Positions 33,204-46,549 of a stretch of 64,000 nt of DNA are shown piece by piece. The stretch's first letter is position 1, and every line of letters begins with the position of its first letter. A model generated the notes under the pieces. It saw only the letters and a program-made list of their open reading frames with translations. It was not told where the DNA came from and searched no databases. Origin of the DNA: Rhodocyclales bacterium (lineage in GTDB: Bacteria; Pseudomonadota; Gammaproteobacteria; Burkholderiales; Rhodocyclaceae); contig JACRIY010000105.1 of NCBI GenBank assembly GCA_016235805.1, positions 4,727 through 68,726 on the forward strand, written 5' to 3'. Made by a program: the position numbers and the translations under genes.

Positions 33204-33306
33204 GGACTACCCTCCCCCCAACCCCCTGCCCGAGGCAGGGGGTGACGGCGGTTCGCTGCTGCGCAGCTCCGTAATCAGGAGGCGCCGCCCTTGGGGCGGC
33301 CCTGCG
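33204..33306. repeat. Composite REP-like element, copy 2
   Basis: GGACT, C-run, ACCCCCTGCC-CGA-GGCAGGGGGT hairpin, TCGCTGC, CCGCCCTTGGGGCGGCCC. Confidence 0.65.
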
Positions 33307-33314
33307 GGCGGCGC

Positions 33315-34919
33315 TCACGAGTCGTCCTTCCCTGCATTTGACGGACCGAGATGCAGGCTGGCGCGCACCGCGGCGGAAACCTCCGCGCCGGAAACCGTGG
33401 CTTCCTGGTTCGCCGCGTTGCGCAGCGCGCCGGGGAAATACATCGCCGTCAGGCGATGCGAATGGATAGGCGAGTCGACATTGGCGCCGCCGAAGCGGCG
33501 CCATTCGCGCACCGGATAAATGTGGTCGGCGATTTCCAGCAGACCGACGGTTTCGCGATCCGCGATCAGCACGCCCTGCACGCGCAGGCCGAGCTCGCGC
33601 TTGACGGCGGCAAGGCGCGCGGCAAGTTGCGGCGTCGCGCCGAACTCGCCGTCGGTGGCGATCAGCAGGTCGGCCAGGCGCCAGCGCTGTTCTTCCATGC
33701 TGGCGATCACCTTTTCCAGCGGGCCGCAGATGTCGGTGCCGCCACGAAAGGCCTGACCGAGGAAGTGCGTGGCACGTTCGATGCCGCCGCGATCCACCGA
33801 AAGTTCCATTTCCAGCAATTCCTCCGGCCCGCCGAAGGCGAACAGCAGGCAGGGGCGGCGCTGGGCGTGGGCGCAGCGCATGGCCTCCAGCACCACGGCC
33901 TTGGCCACGGCTTCGGCGCCGCCTTGCATCGAGCCCGAGGTATCGACGCAGACCAGGATCGGCCCGAGTTCCGGCCGCTTGCCGGCCTGCGGACCCGGAC
34001 GTGGTTGCATGACCGGTGCCTGGTGCAGGCGAGTCTCGCTCATGCGGTCGTCGTCTTCGTAGCAGAGCAGGGTGCGCTCGGCACGCCGTGCGTGCCAGAC
34101 CAGGCGAAGGCGCGGATGGCCGAGCAGCATGGCTTCGGCCGGCAGCATGCGTGCGATCCGGTCCGAGCGGTGGATGCCCTGCGTTTCGCCGGGCATGTCC
34201 GGCACGCGCACCCTGCGCGTTTCGAGGCGCGTGGCAACCGCCTGCTCCAGGTGCTCGACCAGGGTCTGGCTGGCTTCGTCGTCGATCTCGGACTGGCGCG
34301 AACGACCGAGCTCGCGGATGATCTTCGCCAGCTCCGGCAGGCCGGCGAGCAGACGGCGGATGCGCAGCACTTCCTGCCAGCCGGAGGAATGCAGTAGGCC
34401 GCGCAACTGGTCCCAGCGGCTGTGCTCGCAGTCGTCGGGCACCATGCCGAACACTTCGACCAGTTCGTCGATTTCCCCGCAGTGCTGGCGCCAGTCATCG
34501 CTGAAGGCCTCGATCGCCATCTGCAGCGCGCGCGCCTCGCCGGCGCCGCGGTCGCGGTAGTCGACGATGAAATCGAGGTGGAAAAGCACGCTCATCAGCA
34601 CCGTGTCGGTCAGTTCATCCTTGCCGGCGCAATAGCGGGGCAGGTCGAGCGCGGCGATGGCGGCGGCCAGCGCGGCGGCGATCTGCGGCGGCGGCCAGGA
34701 CCAGGATTCCGCTGCCGGGCCGGTTCCCGAAAAGAGTTCGTCGCGCAAGGCCGCCAGCGCAGCGAGGCGCGGTTCCAGACTGCCCTGGGAATTGGTCATG
34801 CCGCCGAGCCAGAGCGAGCGCGCCAGGGCATCGAGCACGGCCAGGCGCCGTTCGCCTGCTTCGAACAGCAGCGGCGGCGGCAACTTGTCCGCTGGTGCCA
34901 CCTGACCGGCAATGCTCAT
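33315..34919 (-). CDS. ViaA-like VWA domain protein
   Basis: MIDAS CVDTSGSM, AKAVVL, GGTD, TDGEF; start overlaps the stop of the AAA gene. Confidence 0.85.
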   Translation of the reverse strand: MSIAGQVAPADKLPPPLLFEAGERRLAVLDALARSLWLGGMTNSQGSLEPRLAALAALRDELFSGTGPAAESWSWPPPQIAAALAAAIAALDLPRYCAGKDELTDTVLMSVLFHLDFIVDYRDRGAGEARALQMAIEAFSDDWRQHCGEIDELVEVFGMVPDDCEHSRWDQLRGLLHSSGWQEVLRIRRLLAGLPELAKIIRELGRSRQSEIDDEASQTLVEHLEQAVATRLETRRVRVPDMPGETQGIHRSDRIARMLPAEAMLLGHPRLRLVWHARRAERTLLCYEDDDRMSETRLHQAPVMQPRPGPQAGKRPELGPILVCVDTSGSMQGGAEAVAKAVVLEAMRCAHAQRRPCLLFAFGGPEELLEMELSVDRGGIERATHFLGQAFRGGTDICGPLEKVIASMEEQRWRLADLLIATDGEFGATPQLAARLAAVKRELGLRVQGVLIADRETVGLLEIADHIYPVREWRRFGGANVDSPIHSHRLTAMYFPGALRNAANQEATVSGAEVSAAVRASLHLGPSNAGKDDS

Positions 34920-36316
34920 GCGGCGTCCAGGGATTCGTGGTCCACGGGTTCCGGCAGCTTGCCATCGTCGCGCTCTAGCCGCGGCAGTTCGACGAAGCCC
35001 ATGCGCGCGGCCTGGGTGCGGGCCGCGAGTTCCTCGATGGCGGCGGCGGTAGCGGCGAGGTTGGCCGCCGCGCGGGCCGTCAGGCCCTCGTTGAGCCAGA
35101 GGCTGCACTGGGCAAAGGCTTCGAGGTCGGCCTGCCGTATCCCAATCTCTTTGGCATAGGCGGCAATCCGTTCGGCAAGCGAATCTATCTGGCGCAGGCG
35201 GGCGCCGATGTGGGCATCGCCGTAGCGCCGGCGCCGACTGTACTTCATGCGCGCCGCCGAGGCGCCACCCTTGGCATCGCCGACTTCCTCGGCGAGTTCG
35301 ACCGAGGAAAACCTGAGCCGGCCCGACTCGTCATAGTCGAGGTCGTTGGCGCGTATCTCGGCCTGGAGCTGGCCTTCGAAGGCTTCCACCACGCGTGTCA
35401 GCCGCGCCGGCGAAAAGGCTTCGCGCACGCCCAGTCGCGCCGCCAGCCAGTCACCCACCGCGGCCTGGCGGCGCATGTCGGGAGCGGTCAGCCAGGGCAG
35501 CAGCAACAGGTCCCACAGGCTCACCGCACCACGGCCTTCGCTGGCCGCTGCAATCCGCAGTAGCCAGGCGATCTTGACCCAGCGCCGATCGGACACGTGG
35601 ATCGTCGCCGTGGCGAAATGCTGGCGCAATTCGGCCAGCAGGTCGACGAATTCGGCCGGGAGTTCAACCGCGGTGGCTTGCGCGGCGAGTGCTTCGAGAT
35701 CGTCGCGATCGAGCGTCAGGGCCGTCGCGGGTGGCGCCCAGGCGCGGCTGCGGCCGGCATCGAGCAGGGCGCTGAATCCATCGTCGCTGACGGCGGCAAC
35801 CGGCAGGCGCACCAGGAATCGGTCGAAGAAGGCGTCGCCGACTTCGTCCTCCGGCACTTCGTTGGTGGCGCCGATGGCACTGATCAGGGGGCAGCGCTGG
35901 CGTCCGGCGCCGTTGTCGAACTCGCGTTCGTTGAGCAGGGTGAGCAGCGCGTTGAGGATCGCGCTGTTGGCCTTGAACACCTCGTCGATGAAGGCGATCG
36001 AGGCATCGGGCAGGAAGCCGGCGGTATGGCGCTCGTAGCGGTCTTCCTCCAGCGCCTTGATCGAAAGCGGGCCAAACAATTCCTCGGGCACCGAGAAGCG
36101 CGTCAGCAGGCGCTCGAAATAGCTGGCATCGCGAAACACCGTGTGCAGGCGTCTGGCCAACTCGCTCTTGGCGGTGCCCGGCGGTCCGATGAGCAGGGTG
36201 TGCTCGCCGGCCAGCGCGGCAAGCAGGCAGAGGCGCACGCTCTGGCGGCGCTCCACCAGTCCGGATTCAAGGATGTCGATGATGCCCTTCAGGCGGGCTT
36301 GCAGCGGTGCTTGCAT
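34916..36316 (-). CDS. RavA-like MoxR AAA+ ATPase
   Basis: [44 protein letters not shown]. Confidence 0.9.
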   Translation of the reverse strand: MQAPLQARLKGIIDILESGLVERRQSVRLCLLAALAGEHTLLIGPPGTAKSELARRLHTVFRDASYFERLLTRFSVPEELFGPLSIKALEEDRYERHTAGFLPDASIAFIDEVFKANSAILNALLTLLNEREFDNGAGRQRCPLISAIGATNEVPEDEVGDAFFDRFLVRLPVAAVSDDGFSALLDAGRSRAWAPPATALTLDRDDLEALAAQATAVELPAEFVDLLAELRQHFATATIHVSDRRWVKIAWLLRIAAASEGRGAVSLWDLLLLPWLTAPDMRRQAAVGDWLAARLGVREAFSPARLTRVVEAFEGQLQAEIRANDLDYDESGRLRFSSVELAEEVGDAKGGASAARMKYSRRRRYGDAHIGARLRQIDSLAERIAAYAKEIGIRQADLEAFAQCSLWLNEGLTARAAANLAATAAAIEELAARTQAARMGFVELPRLERDDGKLPEPVDHESLDAA

Positions 36317-36622
36317 GCGTGGTCCATTTCGGAGGACTTTGGTTGTGGAATTGTGTGCGCGACGCGATACAGAATCCTTGCGGCGCGACAATTTTCGGGC
36401 AACCGAATCGGGGATCCAGGCCGGCCGGCTTCCGACTCGGTGCGCCGCTTACCTTATCAAATTACCAGACAACAAGTGATCACAGGGGACCCGCGAACTT
36501 CGCGCGCCGGGCAAGTTTCGGCAACAGAGCTATCCTTCGTCAATGCGATTGGCTTCGACAAGTCGCAGAATTCGGGATACCATGCCAAGCACATGGGCGG
36601 TCGGCTGCCCGACCATCGGCTC

Positions 36623-38431
36623 ATGACGAATATTTCGACCCATCCCGAATTTGATCCGGTCGCCGTGCGTATCCTGCGTGTGGCGGCCCTGGTGCTCTTC
36701 GTGGTCGGGTTCGCCTTGGCGGCGCTGTTGAGCCTCGACAATCCGCTGCTTTCGCCGCGCGTCCTGCTGCATGTGCTGATCGGCGCGGTGGGCGGCGTCG
36801 CCTACTTCCTGATGCGGCACCAGCGGCATCATGCCGCCGCCATGGTGCTGGTCTGGGGCTACTGGGCCGGCGCTTCGGTGGTATGCCTCATCAATGGAGG
36901 CCTGCGCGGGCCCAACCTGGTCAACTATCCGCTGATCCTGGTGATTTCCGGCTGGTTGCTGGGAACCCGGCAAACACTGCTGCTGGGTCTGCTGACGGAG
37001 GTCGTGTTCATCGGGCTCGTGATCGGCGATGCACGGGGCATGATCCCGCCGCCGAATTTCGAGAACCTCACTGCCTACCTGGTTTTCCTTACCGCCATCA
37101 TCGGGGTCACCGGTGCGGCGACGCTGCTGTCGCGGCGCGGCTACCTGGCCCAGGCCGCCGAGGGGCGGCGGATGGCAGCCGACCTGGCGCTGCGCGAAAC
37201 ACAGTTGCTGCGCCATGGCGAATTGCTGGAGGAAGAGGTGCGGGTGCGGACCCTGGAATTGGCCATGGCGCGCGACGCCGCCGATGCGGCGAGCCAGGCC
37301 AAGAGCGCCTTCCTCGCCAACATGAGCCACGAGATCCGCACGCCGATGAACGGCATACTGGGCATGGCGGATCTGCTCCGCCGCGGCGGCGTGACGCCGC
37401 AGCAGGCCGAGCGCCTGGACAGGCTTGACGGTGCCGCCCGGCACCTGCTGGGGATCATCAACGACATCCTGGACATATCCAAGATCGAGGCCGGAAAGTT
37501 CGCCCTGGACGACGCACCGGTCAGCATCAGGGATGTAATGGAGAATGTCAGTTCGATACTCACGGAGCGCGCGCGCGCCAAGAACCTTCGCCTGTCCGTT
37601 GACTGCCTTGCCGAACCCGAGGGATTGCACGGCGATCCGACGCGATTGCAGCAGGCCTTGCTGAACTATGCGACCAATGCCGTCAAGTTCACCGAAGCGG
37701 GTTCGGTGACCCTGCGGGCCACGGTCCAGAATGAGGGATCGGACTGGATACTGATGCGCTTCGAGGTCTCGGATACGGGAATCGGCATATCTCCCGAAGC
37801 CAGGGAGCGGCTTTTCATGGCGTTCGAACAAGCGGACAACACGACCACCCGCAAATACGGCGGAACCGGACTTGGCCTGGCGATCACACGGCGCCTGGCG
37901 GAACTGATGGGTGGCGAGGCGGGCGTCGAAAGCACGGTCGGGATGGGAAGTACGTTCTGGTTTACCTCGCGCCTCGCCAGGCGCAAGGAGGTGCCGGCGC
38001 TAATCCTTGCGTCGGAGTCGCACGATGCGGAAGCGGAAATCCGTCGCCGGCATGCCGGTCGTCGCATCCTGATCGCCGATGACGAACCGATCAATCGAGA
38101 AGTCGCCAGATTTCAGCTGGAAGAGGCCGGCCTCGTGGTCGACCAGGCATGCGACGGCGCCGAGGCCGTCGCCATGGCCGGCGCCGCGAATTATGACGCG
38201 ATCCTGATGGACATGCAGATGCCCAAGCTCGACGGGCTGGAAGCAACGCGGCGGATACGGGAACTCTCGGCCTACCCGCGTATACCGATCGTCGCGATGA
38301 CCGCCAATGTCTTCGTCGAGGATCGTGAGCGTTGCCTGGATGCGGGGATGAGCGATTTCCTCGGCAAGCCGTTCAATCCGGACATGCTCTATCGAGTGCT
38401 GCTGCGGGGGCTCGACCAGGCTTCCGGATAG
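36623..38431 (+). CDS. Membrane hybrid sensor histidine kinase/receiver
   Basis: Several N-terminal transmembrane segments, [34 protein letters not shown] domain (LMDMQMP, KP). Confidence 0.92.
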   Translation: MTNISTHPEFDPVAVRILRVAALVLFVVGFALAALLSLDNPLLSPRVLLHVLIGAVGGVAYFLMRHQRHHAAAMVLVWGYWAGASVVCLINGGLRGPNLVNYPLILVISGWLLGTRQTLLLGLLTEVVFIGLVIGDARGMIPPPNFENLTAYLVFLTAIIGVTGAATLLSRRGYLAQAAEGRRMAADLALRETQLLRHGELLEEEVRVRTLELAMARDAADAASQAKSAFLANMSHEIRTPMNGILGMADLLRRGGVTPQQAERLDRLDGAARHLLGIINDILDISKIEAGKFALDDAPVSIRDVMENVSSILTERARAKNLRLSVDCLAEPEGLHGDPTRLQQALLNYATNAVKFTEAGSVTLRATVQNEGSDWILMRFEVSDTGIGISPEARERLFMAFEQADNTTTRKYGGTGLGLAITRRLAELMGGEAGVESTVGMGSTFWFTSRLARRKEVPALILASESHDAEAEIRRRHAGRRILIADDEPINREVARFQLEEAGLVVDQACDGAEAVAMAGAANYDAILMDMQMPKLDGLEATRRIRELSAYPRIPIVAMTANVFVEDRERCLDAGMSDFLGKPFNPDMLYRVLLRGLDQASG

Positions 38432-38467
38432 TGCAGCCTTGCGCCCGGGCATGGACCAGGGGCGCCG

Positions 38468-39907
38468 TCATTGCGCGCCGGGATTTTCGCTGGAATCCAG
38501 ATGCTCGATTGATCCCGCATAGTAGGCGAGCATCGGCAACTGGTCCGGGGCGGGCCGGAACAGGCCATCCTCCTCCAGCACCAGATGGCGCAGGGTGAGC
38601 ATGCGCAGGCCGACGCCGAAGGCATAGTCATGGTCGTGGCGCGGGATGTACAGATGGGCGCCGCGGGCTTCGAGTTCGCCCATGCGGGCATGGGCCGCCG
38701 CTTTCAGTTCGAGTTCGCTCAGCGCGCGCGCCGGATCGCGCATCAGGATACTGGCTACCAGCGGCACCGGGAGCACCGGAATCACGCCGCCGATGGCGTC
38801 CATCAGGCGCGCCGCGACTTTGCCGACTTCGGCGCGCCGCGTGGCGTCGTCCATGGTCGGGAAGTGCAGACCGTGCTCGCGCGCCCAGGCGCGCATCGAC
38901 AGCGGCGCGCCGAAATTCACGCAGGCATAGCCGAAGCGGTGCCAGCCGCCGCCGATCGCCTGCAGTCCGTTGCGCAGCAGGAAGCCGATGGTGATCCACA
39001 GCGCGCGCGCGCCGCCGGGTCGCGGGGTGTCGGGATGCAACTTGAGCAACTGGCTGCGGTCTTCCAGCACTCGGTCGTAGTTGAGTCCGACGGGGATGAA
39101 GACCAGGTCGCGGCGTCCGTCGTCGGGGCGCTCGTCGAAGGTCTTCAGCATGTAGTCGAGCAGGCCAAACTTCGGCGGGCGCAAGCGGCCGTCGATCGTC
39201 AGCCCGCCTTCGGGAAACACGGCCTGGGTCACGCCCGCCTCGGAGGCCATCTGCACATAGCGGGAGAGCACGGTACGGTAGAGCGGATCGCCCGAGTTGC
39301 GGCGCACGAAGTAGGCGCCCATGGCACGGATCAGTTGCTGCAGCGGCCAGATGCGGGCCCATTCGCCGACCGCGAAGGAAAGCGTCGCGCGCTCGGCAGC
39401 GAGGAAGGCGACCAGGATGTAATCCATGTTGCTGCGATGGTTCATGACGAAGACGATGGTCGATTTCGGATCGATCCGGGCCAGCCCCGGTTCGTCGACG
39501 AAGCCGATGCGCACGCGGTACAGCGCGCGTGCCGCCGCCCGGGCGACGGCAAAGCCGACTCGGTAATAGACATAGGCATTGAAGGCGGGGACGATCTCTC
39601 GCGCGTAGCGGTCGACTCTGCGCCAGACTTCGCCAAGCGTTTCGCTGGTCGCCGTCGCATTTGCCGCGGCGGCGGCCTGGACCTTGTGGTCGTGGAACAG
39701 GCGGTCGATCAGCACCTGGCGCCGGGTGAGCTTGAACGACGGCAGTTCGACGGTGAGCCGCCCGCCGATCTGGCGAATCACCATCTTGATCCGGCGCCGG
39801 AAGAACCAGCGCATGCCGGGTACCAGCAGCATCACCAGCGCCGCCCATCCCGCCAATGCGGCGAGGATCACAAATGCCCACAGGGGAACGGCAACTGACT
39901 GGCTCAT
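38468..39907 (-). CDS. PlsB/PlsC-family glycerolipid acyltransferase
   Basis: NHRSNMDY (HxxxxD), GAYFVRR, FPEGG. Confidence 0.85.
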   Translation of the reverse strand: MSQSVAVPLWAFVILAALAGWAALVMLLVPGMRWFFRRRIKMVIRQIGGRLTVELPSFKLTRRQVLIDRLFHDHKVQAAAAANATATSETLGEVWRRVDRYAREIVPAFNAYVYYRVGFAVARAAARALYRVRIGFVDEPGLARIDPKSTIVFVMNHRSNMDYILVAFLAAERATLSFAVGEWARIWPLQQLIRAMGAYFVRRNSGDPLYRTVLSRYVQMASEAGVTQAVFPEGGLTIDGRLRPPKFGLLDYMLKTFDERPDDGRRDLVFIPVGLNYDRVLEDRSQLLKLHPDTPRPGGARALWITIGFLLRNGLQAIGGGWHRFGYACVNFGAPLSMRAWAREHGLHFPTMDDATRRAEVGKVAARLMDAIGGVIPVLPVPLVASILMRDPARALSELELKAAAHARMGELEARGAHLYIPRHDHDYAFGVGLRMLTLRHLVLEEDGLFRPAPDQLPMLAYYAGSIEHLDSSENPGAQ

Positions 39908-40060
39908 CTGATCGGACCCTCCGGCGTGCGCCCGTCTCGGTCCGGACGGTTGCCGCGATGTCGATCATAGCAGTCGCGTTCGGCCATGGCGCCGCGCTCC
40001 GCGCAGCTCGATGTCGGCAGTTCGGTAATACATGGGCCGTATGAGCGAATAAGGACTGCG

Positions 40061-40223
40061 TATAATTCCCGCCTCGCCACCCGGGCAATCGTCGGCCAGT
40101 AAGCGGCCGTTCAGCCTGCTGTGGCATTGTCCCGATTCGTTGCCTCCACCCCTTTGCCGGGCGGATTGCGGCAACGACGCGGTGCGTTTGAACCTACCCT
40201 GCCGACTTGCGGAGATTGTTGAT
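40061..40223 (+). promoter_or_regulatory. Putative -10 element and structured 5' leader of icd
   Basis: TATAAT at 40061-66; complementary segments TCGTTGCC/GGCAACGA and GTCGGC/GCCGAC. Confidence 0.4.
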
Positions 40224-41261
40224 ATGAGCACGACCCAGACCCTGATTCCAGCCACCCTGATTCCCGGCGACGGCATCGGCCCCGAGATTACCGCCGCGAC
40301 GGTGGCGGTGCTCGAGGCCCTCGGCGCACCGTTTAAATGGGATACGCAGATCGCCGGCCTGGCGGGAGTCAAGGCTTGCGGCGATCCCTTGCCGGCGGCC
40401 TGCATCGACAGCATTCGCGGCACCCGGTTGGCGCTCAAGGGCCCCCTCGAAACCCCTTCCGGCGGCGGCTACCGCTCGTCCAATGTGCGCCTGCGCGAGG
40501 AATTCAAGCTTTACGCCAACCTGCGCCCGGCCAAGACGATCGTGCCTGGCGGCCGCTTCGAAAACATCGACCTGATCCTCTGTCGCGAGAACATCGAAGG
40601 CCTCTACATGGGCTACGAACACTACATCCCGATCGACGGTGATCCCCACGCGGTCGGCATGTCGACTGGCATCAACACGCGCCAGGGTTGTCGCAACATC
40701 CTCAAATATGCTTTCGATTACGCGATCGCCAACGGCCGCAAGAAGGTGACCGTGGTGCACAAGGCCAACATCATGAAGGCGCTGACCGGCATCTTCCTCG
40801 AAACCGCGCAGCAGATGCACAAGGAACACTACGAAGGCAAGATCGAGTTCGAGCAGGTGATCATCGACGCCTGCGCCATGAAGCTGGTGATGAACCCCTG
40901 GCAGTTCGACGTGCTGGTCACCACCAACCTGTTCGGCGACATCCTCTCCGACCTGATGGCTGGCCTCGTCGGCGGCCTGGGCATGACGCCGGGCGCCAAC
41001 ATCGGCGAACAGGCCGCAATCTTCGAAGCGGTCCACGGTTCGGCACCGGATATCGCCGGCAAGGGCATCGCCAATCCGACGGCGCTGCTGATGGCGGCGG
41101 CGATGATGCTCGACTACGTCAAGCGCAAGGACCTTGGCGACCGCCTGCGCCAGGCCATCGACGATGTGCTCAACAAGGACAATATCCGCACTGGCGACCT
41201 GGGCGGCAAGGCCACCACGGACGAGTACGCAAAGGCTTTGGTGGCGCGCGTTCGGGGCTGA
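40224..41261 (+). CDS. icd: Isocitrate/isopropylmalate dehydrogenase family, probably NAD-dependent IDH
   Basis: [50 protein letters not shown]. Confidence 0.85.
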   Translation: MSTTQTLIPATLIPGDGIGPEITAATVAVLEALGAPFKWDTQIAGLAGVKACGDPLPAACIDSIRGTRLALKGPLETPSGGGYRSSNVRLREEFKLYANLRPAKTIVPGGRFENIDLILCRENIEGLYMGYEHYIPIDGDPHAVGMSTGINTRQGCRNILKYAFDYAIANGRKKVTVVHKANIMKALTGIFLETAQQMHKEHYEGKIEFEQVIIDACAMKLVMNPWQFDVLVTTNLFGDILSDLMAGLVGGLGMTPGANIGEQAAIFEAVHGSAPDIAGKGIANPTALLMAAAMMLDYVKRKDLGDRLRQAIDDVLNKDNIRTGDLGGKATTDEYAKALVARVRG

Positions 41262-41315
41262 TTTTCCGCGGCGCCGGCCGCGCTGCGCGCTGCATGGTCT
41301 GATGCATAATGGGAC

Positions 41316-43043
41316 ATGCGCGCGCCCACGAAACGTTCGTCCATGGTCGGCGGACTCTCAAGCCTGTGGCTGAAGCCGGCGATCCTGTTCGCGATCGTCG
41401 CTTTCGGTGCCCTGATTTCCTTCGCGCTGAACTGGCGGCAGATCGATGCCAACATGCACGCCGTGGCGCGCGAGCGTGGCGCCGCCCTGTTTCGTCTGCT
41501 CGAGCTGACGCGAGACTGGAATGCCCGCCATGGCGGCGTGTATGTTCCGGTGTCGCCGACGACGCCGCCCAATCCCTATCTGGAACACAAGCGCCGCGAC
41601 GTGGTCACGCAGGACGGGCAGGCGCTGACCATGGTCAATCCTGCTTACATGACGCGGCAGATCGCCGAAATCGCGCAGCTGGCGGAGGGCGTTCAACTGC
41701 ACATCACCAGCCTCAAGCCGATCCGGCCGGCGAACGCGGCGGATGCCTGGGAGGCGGACGCCCTGCGCCGTTTCGAATCCGGTCTTGCCGAGGTCACCGA
41801 TTTCATCCCGGGCGCGCTGCCGGTCCACCGTTACATGGCGCCGCTGAAGGTCACCGAGGCTTGCCTGAAATGCCATTCGCAGCAGGGCTACGAGATCGGC
41901 CAGATTCGCGGCGGCGTGTCGGTCACCATGCCGGCGGAGCAATTGCTGGCGATTCGCGATGCCGATCGCATCCGGTCGATCGTATTCCACCTGCTGATGT
42001 TCTGCGTGGCTGCTGCATTGCTGCAGTTGCTGGTGCGGCGCACCCGCAGCCACCTGCTCGCGCTCGAGCACCTGGCGCTGGAGCAGGAACAGGTGATCGC
42101 GGATCGCACGCAGGACCTTTCTCGGGCCAATTCCTTTCTCGAACGCCAGCTGGAGGACAGCGAAACGGCCGCCACGGTGTTCGAGAACGCCGCCGAGGCG
42201 ATCGTCGTCACCGACGAGAAGGGCAATTTCGTCCAGGTCAATCCGGCGTTTTCCCTGATGAGCGGCTATGCGCCGGAGGAGGTATTGGGCCGTCCGGTGG
42301 GTCTCCTCAAGTCGGATCGGCATTCGGCGGACTTCTACGGACAGATGTGGCGCATCCTGATCCGCGACAGTCGGTGGCAGGGCGAAGTCTGGAACCAGCG
42401 CAAGAATGGTGAAGTGTTCATTGTCTGGCTCTCGATCAGCCGCGTCGCCTCCTCGGGGCAACCGCGACGTTTCGTCGCCACGCTGACCGACATCACGCGC
42501 AGCAAGCAGCTCGAGGAGGAACTGCGTCATCGGGCCTACCACGATCCGCTGACCGATCTGCCGAACCGCGCCCTGTTCAGCGATCGCCTGCGGGTAGCGA
42601 TATCCCAGGCGCAGCGTCACGGTCGCAGCTTCGCCCTGTGCTTCATCGACCTCGACAGTTTCAAACCGGTCAATGACAGGTATGGCCATGCCGCTGGCGA
42701 CGAGCTGCTGGTGGAAACGGCGCGGCGCCTGCGTGCCTGCATGCGTGCCGCGGACACCATAGCGCGGTTGGGCGGCGACGAGTTCGCCGCGATCCTGATC
42801 GATGTCGGCTCGCGGCGGGAAGTCGAGGAAGTGGCGTCACGCATCGTCGCCGACCTGGCGCGACCGTTTGCCCTCGAGGCCGGCTCCGTTTCCATTTCCT
42901 GCAGCATCGGCATCGCGCTGTTCCCCGAGCATGGGGCCGATGCCGAAGCACTGCAACACAGTGCCGATGCCGTGCTCTACGCGGTCAAGGAATCCAGCCG
43001 CAATGCCTTCCGAATCTGCCCGGAAGGCGGGCAGGGCGCTTAG
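41316..43043 (+). CDS. Diguanylate cyclase with a periplasmic heme-c (DUF3365-like) sensor, PAS and GGDEF
   Basis: TM, NPAYMTRQI..SLKPIRP.N..D.WE, CLKCH, TM, PAS (WQGEVWN), RAAD I-site, GGDEF. Confidence 0.88.
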   Translation: MRAPTKRSSMVGGLSSLWLKPAILFAIVAFGALISFALNWRQIDANMHAVARERGAALFRLLELTRDWNARHGGVYVPVSPTTPPNPYLEHKRRDVVTQDGQALTMVNPAYMTRQIAEIAQLAEGVQLHITSLKPIRPANAADAWEADALRRFESGLAEVTDFIPGALPVHRYMAPLKVTEACLKCHSQQGYEIGQIRGGVSVTMPAEQLLAIRDADRIRSIVFHLLMFCVAAALLQLLVRRTRSHLLALEHLALEQEQVIADRTQDLSRANSFLERQLEDSETAATVFENAAEAIVVTDEKGNFVQVNPAFSLMSGYAPEEVLGRPVGLLKSDRHSADFYGQMWRILIRDSRWQGEVWNQRKNGEVFIVWLSISRVASSGQPRRFVATLTDITRSKQLEEELRHRAYHDPLTDLPNRALFSDRLRVAISQAQRHGRSFALCFIDLDSFKPVNDRYGHAAGDELLVETARRLRACMRAADTIARLGGDEFAAILIDVGSRREVEEVASRIVADLARPFALEAGSVSISCSIGIALFPEHGADAEALQHSADAVLYAVKESSRNAFRICPEGGQGA

Positions 43044-43046
43044 GAC

Positions 43047-45494
<2,448 letters not shown>

Positions 45495-45560
45495 TCGACG
45501 GCAGGGGCAGGGCGCGCACCTTAGCGGCAAGGGCAGCCGAACACAAGTCTTGACAGCGCC

Positions 45561-46424
45561 CTAGTTCAGCGTTCGTGCCAATGCAATGCGAAATTCCCGC
45601 ACCAGATCATCGGATTGCCCATCGCTGCCGAGCAGGGTGAACAGATCCAGCATGGCCTTGCGCGCAGCCTGGTCCTGCCAATGCCGGTCGCGTTTCACTA
45701 TCGACAGCAACTCTTCCAGTGCCGGTCGGTAGTTGCCGGCGAGTGCCAGCGCCTGGGCAAGTCGCAGGCGGGCATCGAGGTCGTCGGCATTCGCGGCGAT
45801 GCGCGATGCCAGTGCGGCCGGGTCGGCGCCGCCGCCGGATGCCGCCAATTTAAGCCGCGCTCGCAGCGCTGCGACTCGTGAAGCGTCGCGTATCGCGTGC
45901 CCAAGTGAATCGAGGATGGCCCGCGCCGCGTCGATTTCCCGCCGGTCGATGCGCATCTCGGCCAAGTCGAGTTGCGCGTTCTCGTTTGCCGGGTCGAGTT
46001 CCAACGCATCGGCCAGCAGCGAGCAGGCGACTTCCGAGTCGCCCCTGGCGCGGGCTTCCAGCGCGGCGATCCGCAGGGATTCCGCCGGCGAGGGCAGCAG
46101 CTCATCGATGAAGGCCCGCACTTGTGCTTCGGGCAGGGCACCGGTGAACTCCCGCACTACTGCACCGTCCATGAAAGTCTTGACGCTGGGAATCCCGCGC
46201 ACCGCATACCGTGCGGCAAGTTCCTGATTCTGGTCGGAGTTGACCTTCGCCAGGCGAAAGCGCCCGCCATATTCGGCCGCCAGCTTTTCCAGGATCGGCT
46301 TCAGGGTGCGACAGGGTGCGCACCATTCCGCCCAGAAGTCGACCAGTACAGGAACGCGGTGCGACGCGGCAATGACGCTTTCCTCAAAGTCTGCGCTGCC
46401 CACTTCGGTCGAGAATGCATGCAT
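45561..46424 (-). CDS. cnoX: Thioredoxin-TPR chaperedoxin (CnoX/YbbN)
   Basis: VDFWAEWCAPC thioredoxin domain plus TPR-like C-terminus. Confidence 0.85.
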   Translation of the reverse strand: MHAFSTEVGSADFEESVIAASHRVPVLVDFWAEWCAPCRTLKPILEKLAAEYGGRFRLAKVNSDQNQELAARYAVRGIPSVKTFMDGAVVREFTGALPEAQVRAFIDELLPSPAESLRIAALEARARGDSEVACSLLADALELDPANENAQLDLAEMRIDRREIDAARAILDSLGHAIRDASRVAALRARLKLAASGGGADPAALASRIAANADDLDARLRLAQALALAGNYRPALEELLSIVKRDRHWQDQAARKAMLDLFTLLGSDGQSDDLVREFRIALARTLN

Positions 46425-46549
46425 GGCGTGTTCCGGGGGAAATCGTGGATCCGAGTTTCGCAGCCCGGTGGCGTGAATGCAATGCGCCTTTTGTCCTTTC
46501 CTGACACGCTCGAACCCGTTCGGCGCGAGCGGGCGCAGGCTCGCCAGGA

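Noticed and set aside
35597-36622. N-terminal extension of the 944-aa kinase ORF
   Set aside because: It overlaps the ravA-like gene antisense; the real protein most plausibly starts at 36623
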